A stretch of DNA of 64,000 bases, taken from contig CAZLCD010000003.1 in assembly GCA_964558375.1 (NCBI GenBank), forward strand, positions 155 through 64,154. Reading direction: 5' to 3'. A model generated the notes under the pieces. It did not search any database. It was not told the DNA's origin and saw only the letters and a program-made list of their open reading frames with translations. Source of the stretch: an uncultured Candidatus Saccharibacteria bacterium (GTDB lineage: Bacteria; Patescibacteriota; Minisyncoccia; Phycocordibacterales; PALSA-1337). Position 1 is the first letter of the stretch; the number at the start of each line of letters is the position of its first letter. This document shows positions 9,590 through 17,615 of this stretch, one piece after another. Made by a program: the position numbers and the translations under genes.

Positions 9590-9627
9590 TAATTAATTAA
9601 TAATCCGTGTATGATAGCAAAAAGTTA

Positions 9628-9665
9628 TTAAGAAAAGATAAAGAAAAACTTAAGATTTGATAAAG
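9628..9665 (+). repeat. Four T(T/A)AAG direct repeats at exact 11-bp period
   Basis: TTAAG 9628, TAAAG 9639, TTAAG 9650, TAAAG 9661; 17-mer CTTAAGATTTGATAAAG (9649-9665) is identical to 3929-3945. Confidence 0.6.
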
Positions 9666-9742
9666 ATTCGCATTTCACAATAAAATTACTAGAATCGACA
9701 AAACCATACCATAATATATACTACGGTAACTTTGTATAAAGT

Positions 9743-10375
9743 TTAAAATCTCAGTAACGTCTTCACCCCCTCCATATCCCCACTCCACACCTTCCCATCA
9801 AACCATTCCATTCCTGAAAATTGTAGTTTATAGGTATCTGTAGGTCTTTGAAGTGAACCTAGATATACATACTGTAAACCATTAGCTTGAGCATATTCTA
9901 TTGCCTTAATCATCATAATCAACCCCATGTCTTTTGAAGCTTTTTCTAAATCATAGAAGGGATATGAATAGTGAAGAATAGAATTATTTTTGTAGCAGAT
10001 AGCGTAACCAAAATCCGAAAAAGAAAAGAGGGTATTGAAGTTATGCTCCTCAGTCAGTAGAACTTTTATTTTATTAACCGAGAAAGACCCACCAGCTTTT
10101 TTGTCATAAAAGTCTTTAGCGAACTTGCCTAGTTGCCAATCATATTTTAAATAGGGAATTGTATTTTCTTTAATAACAATTTCCTCTCCCTTTTTAAGAA
10201 TCCTTCGATTCTCACTTGATAATGAAAACTTTTTTAAATCTATTCGTACACTTCTTGTCTGATGCATTACTCCTTTATCTATACGAGTAAATACAAAACC
10301 TTCATTGTATAGACGAGAGATATTTTCTGGTGAATGATCCGTAATTTTTTCCTGAGCCCAATTTAAATAATTCAT
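9743..10375 (-). CDS. Bpt/ATE-like aminoacyl-tRNA-dependent transferase (GNAT/Fem-like fold)
   Basis: RSVRIDLKKF..S..NRRILKK, YSYPFYD, MG..MMIKAIEYA...GLQYVYLG, YKLQF; ATG 10375 is 2 nt after the mraY stop. Confidence 0.75.
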   Translation of the reverse strand: MNYLNWAQEKITDHSPENISRLYNEGFVFTRIDKGVMHQTRSVRIDLKKFSLSSENRRILKKGEEIVIKENTIPYLKYDWQLGKFAKDFYDKKAGGSFSVNKIKVLLTEEHNFNTLFSFSDFGYAICYKNNSILHYSYPFYDLEKASKDMGLIMMIKAIEYAQANGLQYVYLGSLQRPTDTYKLQFSGMEWFDGKVWSGDMEGVKTLLRF

Positions 10376-10377
10376 AA

Positions 10378-11505
10378 TTAATGAAGAGCTAGCCAAACAC
10401 CAAAGATTACGAAGACAAAGTGAATAATCCAAAAGCGCATAATGGTCTTCTCTTCACTCCAACCTTTGATTTCAAAATGATGATGTATCGGTGCCATTTT
10501 AAATATTCTGCGACCAAGGATGTATTTGCCGGCGATCTGGATTATGACAGTTAGAGCCTCCACATAAAATAAAAATCCCAAAAAGAAAATCGAACCGATC
10601 TCGCCAATGGCGATAGTGTTGACGGCAAAGAGCGCGCCAAGTCCGAGAGATCCCACGTCTCCCATCATAAATCTGGCGGGCTTTATATTGAAATATGTAT
10701 AAGCGATAAGGGCACCAACGACTGTGGAGTTCAGTATTGCAAGCTCTCCAAAGCCGTTGGTCCAACTGAGAAGGGTAAGTGCACTAAAAGAAAAAATAAG
10801 CATACCTCCAGCGAGACCGTCCATACCGTCGGCGATATTTACAGCGTTCGCAGTAAACATCACAATGAGGATGATGATGGGGATTATGAGCCAGCCAGCG
10901 TATATTTCGTAATTAAAAGGGAAATAAATATAATGCCAAGCTGTTCCTAGTTTGTCATATATCCACCATGCGGTGATACTTCCTGCAGCAAACTGTAATA
11001 GAAGCTTTTCGTGAACATGTACACCCTTGTATGTTCTCGAACCTATCCACACCGAAGTTCTTTTAAAAATTGACCAAGGCAAGGTGATGATATACCAAAT
11101 CCTCATCTTGAGATCACGATGCACACTTATCAATTTGAAAATCTGAGAAAGCTTTCGGGAGCGACGTTCTGAGCCGAAAATATTTAAAAGATCGTCGATC
11201 GCTCCAAGCATTGCAGAGAACATCATCACTCCTATAGGCACCCAAGTATAACCTCTAGACCAGTTCAAAAAATATGTAATGATAGCCACGGTCACTATGA
11301 TGAGCAAGCCACCCATGACAGGTGTATTTTCTTTGCCTTTCTGAGAATCAATGATACTGAGCTCATTCTTTGCGCCTTTGAAGATACGAAAGTGGTAAAG
11401 TCTATTTATAAGAAAAGGTGACCAAGCAAAAGCCAAGACACAAGAAAGCAGTGTAAAACCAAGTATAAAGGCTAAATCGGCTGTACCTTCAAGTATACTT
11501 ATCAT
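10378..11505 (-). CDS. mraY: Phospho-N-acetylmuramoyl-peptide transferase (MraY family)
   Basis: KENTPVMGG, GAIDD, NAVNIADGMDGLA, PARFMMGDVGS, FKMAPIHHHFE..GWSEEK. Confidence 0.93.
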   Translation of the reverse strand: MISILEGTADLAFILGFTLLSCVLAFAWSPFLINRLYHFRIFKGAKNELSIIDSQKGKENTPVMGGLLIIVTVAIITYFLNWSRGYTWVPIGVMMFSAMLGAIDDLLNIFGSERRSRKLSQIFKLISVHRDLKMRIWYIITLPWSIFKRTSVWIGSRTYKGVHVHEKLLLQFAAGSITAWWIYDKLGTAWHYIYFPFNYEIYAGWLIIPIIILIVMFTANAVNIADGMDGLAGGMLIFSFSALTLLSWTNGFGELAILNSTVVGALIAYTYFNIKPARFMMGDVGSLGLGALFAVNTIAIGEIGSIFFLGFLFYVEALTVIIQIAGKYILGRRIFKMAPIHHHFEIKGWSEEKTIMRFWIIHFVFVIFGVWLALH

Positions 11506-11563
11506 TGCTCTAGACTAACACAAAATATCTCGCTTTTCTACTTTATTGTGATAATCTAATACT

Positions 11564-12340
11564 ATGAATACTAAGTTTATTAGCGACAAATCAAGAGAGA
11601 TTATTGATCAATACAAAAACTTTTCTATAGGTCAGGCCAGCTGTTCCATACCGTATTTTAATAATCGCACCCTAGGTACCAAAGGAGCATTGCGCGCTGA
11701 AGTTGGAAAGGGTAGCCCCTCAGATATATCTGAAGAAATCGAGCATCTTTCTTTAAAAAATAAAATAAAATTAAACACTCTGACATCGGAAGAATTGAAA
11801 AAACTGCTTGTGGATAACAATATCGGTATCGATTGCTCTGGGCTTGCTTATTATATTTTAAATGAAGAAAGTTTATCCAGAAAAAAGGGTGCTTTGGCTA
11901 GTCATATTAATTTTGTAAATGCTGGTGGATTGTGGAGAATTTTCCGAGCCAAGTTTATGCCTGAGAAAAATATAGATGTTTTGACTTTGGCTCACAATAA
12001 AAACAGTAAAGTCATTGCCCTTAAAGAAATAGAGCCGGGAGATATTGTGACTATGGTTAATGGAGAAAATAATGGGGAGCGCAATCATATTTTGATTATC
12101 AATCAAATCGAGTATCAAAATTTCTTACCTATAACCCTTCACTATGTACATTCTGTAGCTTGGCCTACTGACGGTGAATATGGTCATGGAATTCACGAGG
12201 GTAAAATAGAAATATTAGATTTGGAAAAGAATTTAATTGATCAAAGATGGATTGAAAATGGAAAAGAGGGTGAAGAAAACTACACTCATATGAGAGCTAA
12301 AAAATCTACAACGGAATTAAGAAGACTTTTCTGGTTCTAG
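11564..12340 (+). CDS. NlpC/P60-like papain-fold hydrolase
   Basis: GIDCSGL catalytic Cys motif, PGDIV, and downstream HILII His. Confidence 0.7.
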   Translation: MNTKFISDKSREIIDQYKNFSIGQASCSIPYFNNRTLGTKGALRAEVGKGSPSDISEEIEHLSLKNKIKLNTLTSEELKKLLVDNNIGIDCSGLAYYILNEESLSRKKGALASHINFVNAGGLWRIFRAKFMPEKNIDVLTLAHNKNSKVIALKEIEPGDIVTMVNGENNGERNHILIINQIEYQNFLPITLHYVHSVAWPTDGEYGHGIHEGKIEILDLEKNLIDQRWIENGKEGEENYTHMRAKKSTTELRRLFWF

Positions 12341-13540
12341 ATCTGGTTCTAGATTATAAAGTAAATTCAAAATCTCCTTGCCTCGACTATTGAGCTTGTT
12401 GTGAGTTTCCATGATGCCTCGAGAACTTCTGATTCTTATAAAATCCAAATTGGGCTTGAAGTTTGGATATTTTATTACTTCATAACCTGCTTCTATAAGC
12501 TTTTTGTCTTCCAAATCTTTGGATGTGGATGTAACCCTCTGCACTATTTGTGCACCATCGTTTATGGGTATAATTTTCATTTCACCTGCATTATTCAAGA
12601 GCGCATCAATATGTATTTCAAATATTGTATTACCTTCCAAACCAATCTTTTTCTGTAAATGAGATTCATAAGTTGTCGAGGCTGGCTGCCTAGCATTTAT
12701 TTCGATCAAGTGTATCTCATCTCTTTCTTCATCAAGGATTACGTCTATGCCAAAAAGGCCTTTCCATCCAGATATGCGCATTTTTTCTGCGATTTTATGG
12801 GCGATTGCATCTATTTTTCCTAGCTGTGCCTCAGTCAAAATAGTATGAGGTAGTGCCCAATCATTACCTATTGTACTAAAAACATTTTCTGTAAAAGGGA
12901 GCATGCCGGTAATCTGATAGCTCAAATTGCCCAGAACAGCGTCCGAGCCGGAAACTACTATGTTCATAGTGAACATCGGTCCTTTTATAAAGTCACTAAT
13001 TCTCGCTTCTCGATGAGGGAATTTGTCTTGCAAAAATTTCAATTCCTCCGCATTTCTTATAAGCACCGTACCTTCTCCGGTGTGTCCATGTGACCATTGC
13101 AAAATGAATGGCTTTTTCTGCCACATCACATCCTTGGTAAAAGTAATAGAGTGAGGCGGAAGCAAAGATGACAATTCTCCTAGCCATTTTACTTGAGAAA
13201 TTTTGTTCTCCACAATATCTGAAAGCTCGGCGCTAGGGTTTAGTAATTTCCAATTTTTATTTTTACAAAATTCCTCAATGTGTATAGTGTTTTTGAAAAC
13301 CAAAACATGGGCATTGTGCTTGGGTACAAGTGCTGCCGTTTCTGGTAAGGTCAATAATTCATATGTGTCGAGTAGTGAAGGGGATTCTACTATATGAACA
13401 TTATCAGGATATTTTTCTTTTATGGTAATGGAGTAGGGAGTTTTGTTGGTTAAAATAAAATAATTATCCACAGGCTCTTGCGCCAAGGCTCGCTCGATTT
13501 CTCTTGTGATGTATAGGATGTTTGGAGATTTTGATGACAT
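12317..13540 (-). CDS. ATP-grasp ligase
   Basis: ENKISQ, PFILQ..HGHTGEGT, FIKGP, GLFGIDVI, LIEINARQPAS. Confidence 0.85.
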   Translation of the reverse strand: MSSKSPNILYITREIERALAQEPVDNYFILTNKTPYSITIKEKYPDNVHIVESPSLLDTYELLTLPETAALVPKHNAHVLVFKNTIHIEEFCKNKNWKLLNPSAELSDIVENKISQVKWLGELSSLLPPHSITFTKDVMWQKKPFILQWSHGHTGEGTVLIRNAEELKFLQDKFPHREARISDFIKGPMFTMNIVVSGSDAVLGNLSYQITGMLPFTENVFSTIGNDWALPHTILTEAQLGKIDAIAHKIAEKMRISGWKGLFGIDVILDEERDEIHLIEINARQPASTTYESHLQKKIGLEGNTIFEIHIDALLNNAGEMKIIPINDGAQIVQRVTSTSKDLEDKKLIEAGYEVIKYPNFKPNLDFIRIRSSRGIMETHNKLNSRGKEILNLLYNLEPDLEPEKSS

Positions 13541-13592
13541 TGCTCTAGTTTAGTATATTTAAATTTTATGTCTACTGATTTTGGGCAAAGGC

Positions 13593-13626
13593 AATTCCCC
13601 GATGAGTTTTTAGTTCTCGGGGAATT
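13593..13626. terminator. Hairpin, probable terminator of the 13625-14011 gene
   Basis: AATTCCCCGA...TCGGGGAATT 10-bp inverted repeat at the gene 3' end. Confidence 0.55.
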
Positions 13627-14011
13627 ATTGTATGTAAAGTCCCTTAATTCTCAATGCGAATATTCTGCACTCGCTACTCAAAGACAATCTAAGTTTACCC
13701 TCTTTGGATATAATCCTGAGGATATCAATCGTTCTTGATGGTAATATGGCGATTGGTCTTCCGAAGTACATAACTCCTTTGATGAATAAACTTCCTTGTA
13801 CTGGGATCCAAATATCGTTTACCATTTTAATTTTAATTATCCAAGAGATATCAGCTCTCAGATTCAAAATGTTACCATCTTGGACTGAAGGTCTCAATAA
13901 ACCAACTTCTCCTATTGAGTTTTCAAGACTACCGTCTGGGCCGTAGCTCCTGAGATGTAAAGTTGATGTTTTTCTGTAGGGTGCAATTTTTTCTTCTAAT
14001 GTTTTGTTCAT
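13625..14011 (-). CDS. Hypothetical protein (ORFan-like)
   Basis: 128-aa ORF with Shine-Dalgarno AAAGGAG 9 nt upstream and its own terminator. Confidence 0.6.
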   Translation of the reverse strand: MNKTLEEKIAPYRKTSTLHLRSYGPDGSLENSIGEVGLLRPSVQDGNILNLRADISWIIKIKMVNDIWIPVQGSLFIKGVMYFGRPIAILPSRTIDILRIISKEGKLRLSLSSECRIFALRIKGLYIQ

Positions 14012-14088
14012 CGTAACCGTCTCCTTTCTGGTATAATGTTAGCATATTAAGGTATAATTACTAACAACTAAAATTTTAATATAAAAAT

Positions 14089-14304
14089 ATGTCAAAAAGA
14101 CAATGGCTTAGCATAATGGGTGTATGGGTGATCATAGTTCCTTTCCTAGGCTTCTTGGAATTTTGGAATCAGGTAATTGCTGCTGTTTCTGGTCTAGTGA
14201 TTGTTGCTATTTCATATAATCTTCCTCCAGAAACTAGAAAGTCAGGCGGACCCGGCAGCGTCTTTGTAGAAAATAGTAAAAGTGATAATACAAATCAAAC
14301 ATAG
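14089..14304 (+). CDS. Small two-TM membrane protein
   Basis: Two hydrophobic helices; 3 nt from the next gene. Confidence 0.7.
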   Translation: MSKRQWLSIMGVWVIIVPFLGFLEFWNQVIAAVSGLVIVAISYNLPPETRKSGGPGSVFVENSKSDNTNQT

Positions 14305-14307
14305 ATC

Positions 14308-15471
14308 ATGAAAATAGGGGCTGTAAGTTTTATCGTCATAGGAATATTTGCACTAAGTACAGCTATCGGTTTTTTTGTCCCATTTAAATATGATACTAAA
14401 GATGACTATATAAATGATTCTCTAAGCCTCAATCCTTCAAGTGTGATCGAAGCTGTGACCCTACCTCCACCTTTCAAAGTCACTCATATCGAAACTCCTA
14501 CAGCAGTGAAGGCTTTGTATATGTCTAGCTGGGTAGCGGGTAATGAAAAATTGAGAAGTAATCTTCTGAATATCATCGAGTCTTCAGAGTTGAATTCTGT
14601 GGTTATAGATATAAAAGATTATTCTGGGAAAATTAGCTTTCGTGTTCAAAATGAAAAATTGAAAGAATTTAATTCTACAGAGAATAGAATTTCTGATATC
14701 AAAGAATTTATCGGTAGGCTTCATGATAAAGGGATATATGTCATAGGTCGCATATCAGTTTTTCAAGATTCTTTTCTTGTAAAGACTCATCCAGAATATG
14801 CAGTGAAGAATAAAGCCGGCGAAGTCTGGAAAGATTATAAAGGAGTAAGTTGGCTCGATGCTGGAGCTCGAGGTGTGTGGGATTATATAGCCCTGATCGG
14901 TGACGAGGCTTATTCTGTAGGCTTCGATGAATTAAATTTCGATTATATTCGTTTTCCTTCCGATGGAAATATGCTCGATATTAGTTATCCTTTCAGTCAA
15001 GGTAAAGTTAAATCTCTTGCACTCAAAGAATTCTTTGCTTTTCTCGATAATTATTTTCGTCCAAAGAACATTCCTATATCGGCCGATCTATTTGGTATGA
15101 CTACTTCCAATAGCGATGACTTGGGTATCGGACAAATCCTAGAACATGCTTTAGCACACTTCGACTTCGTCGCGCCTATGGTCTATCCATCTCACTATCC
15201 TAAAAATTTTAATGGTTACACAAAGCCTGCAGAAAAACCTTATGAAGTTATTTCTTATGCAATGTCGAGAGGGGTGCAGAAAGCAGTTAATGCAAGTACT
15301 ACTCCTCTGAAACTTCGACCTTGGATTCAAGACTTTAGTATCGGCGGAACCATCTATACTCCAGAAATGGTACGTGCGCAGATCACTGCAACTTATGATG
15401 TAGGTCTTACAAGTTGGATGCTTTGGAACGCTTCGAATGTATACACAGTCTCTGCTCTTGACACAAAGTAA
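14308..15471 (+). CDS. Putative glycoside hydrolase, DUF4015-like, membrane anchored
   Basis: LNSVVIDIKDYSG, RISVFQD, GFDELNFDYIRFPSDG, PMVYPSHY, LRPWIQDF, WMLWNASN. Confidence 0.85.
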   Translation: MKIGAVSFIVIGIFALSTAIGFFVPFKYDTKDDYINDSLSLNPSSVIEAVTLPPPFKVTHIETPTAVKALYMSSWVAGNEKLRSNLLNIIESSELNSVVIDIKDYSGKISFRVQNEKLKEFNSTENRISDIKEFIGRLHDKGIYVIGRISVFQDSFLVKTHPEYAVKNKAGEVWKDYKGVSWLDAGARGVWDYIALIGDEAYSVGFDELNFDYIRFPSDGNMLDISYPFSQGKVKSLALKEFFAFLDNYFRPKNIPISADLFGMTTSNSDDLGIGQILEHALAHFDFVAPMVYPSHYPKNFNGYTKPAEKPYEVISYAMSRGVQKAVNASTTPLKLRPWIQDFSIGGTIYTPEMVRAQITATYDVGLTSWMLWNASNVYTVSALDTK

Positions 15472-15580
15472 TAGCGGAGTAAGATTAGTATCCGGATGGT
15501 TGTGTTCTCGCAAAAGGAGGGGAATACTGTTGTACATCTACACGGTTCAACAAAACTAAAACAATTAGCACAAAACTGTT

Positions 15581-15760
15581 ATGGCAAGTAATGGCGATAG
15601 AAATGGTATTCGTGCCAAAGCTACTTCAGTTCAAATTCTGCACGGTCCTGTTCGTAAGGACAAACTCGAACTTTCCAGGACGGAAAGGGTAGAACGTGAA
15701 AAAACCAACCTCATAATGATGGCGAATCTGGTAACTAACGGACAGCCAGTGCCAAGATAA
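15581..15760 (+). CDS. Small basic protein, 59 aa (absent from ORF track)
   Basis: Hand translation MASNGDRNGIRAKATSVQILHGPVRKDKLELSRTERVEREKTNLIMMANLVTNGQPVPR; followed by a hairpin and T-run. Confidence 0.55.
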   Translation: MASNGDRNGIRAKATSVQILHGPVRKDKLELSRTERVEREKTNLIMMANLVTNGQPVPR

Positions 15761-15768
15761 ACAAAACA

Positions 15769-15806
15769 ACACCCGGCGGGCTCGCAAGCTTTCTGGGCTG
15801 TTTTTT
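15769..15806 (+). terminator. Probable intrinsic terminator
   Basis: Imperfect GC-rich stem (CCCGG..GCT-CGCA-AGC..CTGGG) followed by a T-run. Confidence 0.5.
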
Positions 15807-15853
15807 ATATTAAACAAAATATGTTAAAATTCTATCCATAAAGAACTTTATAT

Positions 15854-17593
15854 ATGAACGAAGAAAGAGTTACATATTTTGGTCAAACAGACACTAGAAA
15901 TAAAAAGGTAAATTTTGGTATTAAAGCAAAAGATCGAACAAAACATGTTTATGTAATAGGAAAGACAGGTATGGGAAAGTCGACCTTACTTGAAAACATG
16001 GCAGTGCAGGATATTAAAAATGGTGAGGGAATTGCTTTTATAGATCCTCACGGCAAGACAGCTGAGCTACTTTTGGAATATGTGCCAGAGCATAGAATGA
16101 AGGATGTGGTGTACTTTGCGCCATTCGATACAGATTTCCCAGTTTCTTTTAATGTACTTGAAAGTGTAGATCCAGACAAAAGGCATTTGGTGGTTTCTGG
16201 ACTTATGAGTACATTTAAGAAAATCTGGCAAGATGCTTGGTCGGCTAGAATGGAATATATTTTGACAAATACCTTACTGGCACTTCTTGAATATCCAGAA
16301 GCAACCCTTTTGGGAGTGAATAGAATGCTCTCTGATAAGGCTTTTAGGAATCAAGTAGTAGCTTGTGTGACCGATTCTTCTGTGAAGGCTTTCTGGACTC
16401 AAGAATTTGCAAATTATACAGAGAGAATGGCCGCAGAAGCTGTGCCTGCTATTCAAAACAAGATCGGGCAGTTTACTGCCAATGCTCTGATAAGAAATAT
16501 GATAGGGCAACCAAAATCCTCTTTTGATATTCGAAAAATGATGGATGAAAGTAAGATCTTCATTATTAACCTTTCAAAAGGGCGCATCGGTGAGTCCAAT
16601 GCCAATCTCTTGGGTGGTATGCTTATTACAAAGATCTATCTTGCAGCTCTTTCTCGTGCGGACATTCCAGATAGGGTGTTGAAAACTTTGCCAAACTTCT
16701 ATCTTTTCGTTGACGAGTTCCAATCTTTCGCAAATGAAAGTTTTGCGGATATTCTCTCTGAGGCTAGAAAATACAAGTTGAACTTAACTATGGCTCATCA
16801 GTATATTGAGCAAATGGAAGAAGAGGTTAGGGCAGCTGTCTTTGGTAACGTGGGAACTATGATTGTCTTTCGTGTAGGAGCTTTTGATGCAGAAGTTTTG
16901 GAAAAAGAATTTGCGCCACAATTTACTGCCGAAGATATTGTTAATCTTGGAATATTCCAAATCTATTTAAAATTAATGATTGATGGTATCAGTTCTTCAC
17001 CTTTTTCTGCTACGACTCTGCCTCCGATTGCAAAACCTGAGACTTCTAGTATGGATAAAGTGATAGAGAATTCTCGTGCTCAATATTCAAGACCTAGAGT
17101 TGATGTCGAGAAAAAGATCGATGAGTGGATGGCGCCGATGAAAGCTCAAGCTCCTACTCCAAGGCAAGGGCAATCTGGAACATCTACTCCATCAAAGCCT
17201 ATGCCACCAGTCACTCCTTCTCATACTCCTTCACCAATACCACAAAAGCCGGCTGAACCAGTTGTACCAATTCACCAGCATCCTCCTCAATCTGCGCCGG
17301 TTCAAGCTCCTACGCCAACTCCTTCTCATACATTTTCCAAACCTCCAGAGTCACCACAATCATCACAGCAACATCATTCAATTCCTTTACAATCACTAGC
17401 TCAAAAAGATTTTAAAAAAATCCCAGATCCTAAAAAGGTTAATGAATTGAAAGATGCCTTAGCTTCTATACTCTCACAACAAAAACCCAAAACAGAACCT
17501 AAAATTACAACCCCACTTCAAACAAATTCAGTACATCCAAAAACGAATGAAGTCCCCGAAGATGTACTTCGCAATGTTCTTAAGGTAGAGTAG
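15854..17593 (+). CDS. VirD4/TraD/HerA-like P-loop ATPase with Pro-rich C-terminal tail
   Basis: HVYVIGKTGMGKST, FIDPHG, LFVDEFQ, LSEARKY, AHQYIEQ, VFGNVGT. Confidence 0.88.
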   Translation: MNEERVTYFGQTDTRNKKVNFGIKAKDRTKHVYVIGKTGMGKSTLLENMAVQDIKNGEGIAFIDPHGKTAELLLEYVPEHRMKDVVYFAPFDTDFPVSFNVLESVDPDKRHLVVSGLMSTFKKIWQDAWSARMEYILTNTLLALLEYPEATLLGVNRMLSDKAFRNQVVACVTDSSVKAFWTQEFANYTERMAAEAVPAIQNKIGQFTANALIRNMIGQPKSSFDIRKMMDESKIFIINLSKGRIGESNANLLGGMLITKIYLAALSRADIPDRVLKTLPNFYLFVDEFQSFANESFADILSEARKYKLNLTMAHQYIEQMEEEVRAAVFGNVGTMIVFRVGAFDAEVLEKEFAPQFTAEDIVNLGIFQIYLKLMIDGISSSPFSATTLPPIAKPETSSMDKVIENSRAQYSRPRVDVEKKIDEWMAPMKAQAPTPRQGQSGTSTPSKPMPPVTPSHTPSPIPQKPAEPVVPIHQHPPQSAPVQAPTPTPSHTFSKPPESPQSSQQHHSIPLQSLAQKDFKKIPDPKKVNELKDALASILSQQKPKTEPKITTPLQTNSVHPKTNEVPEDVLRNVLKVE

Positions 17594-17615
17594 GGTTGTT
17601 TATAAAATAACTCAC

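Noticed and set aside
17130-17400. DNA tandem repeat in the ATPase tail
   Set aside because: Only short matches (ACTCCTTCTCATAC twice), explained by low-complexity Pro/Ser/Thr coding.
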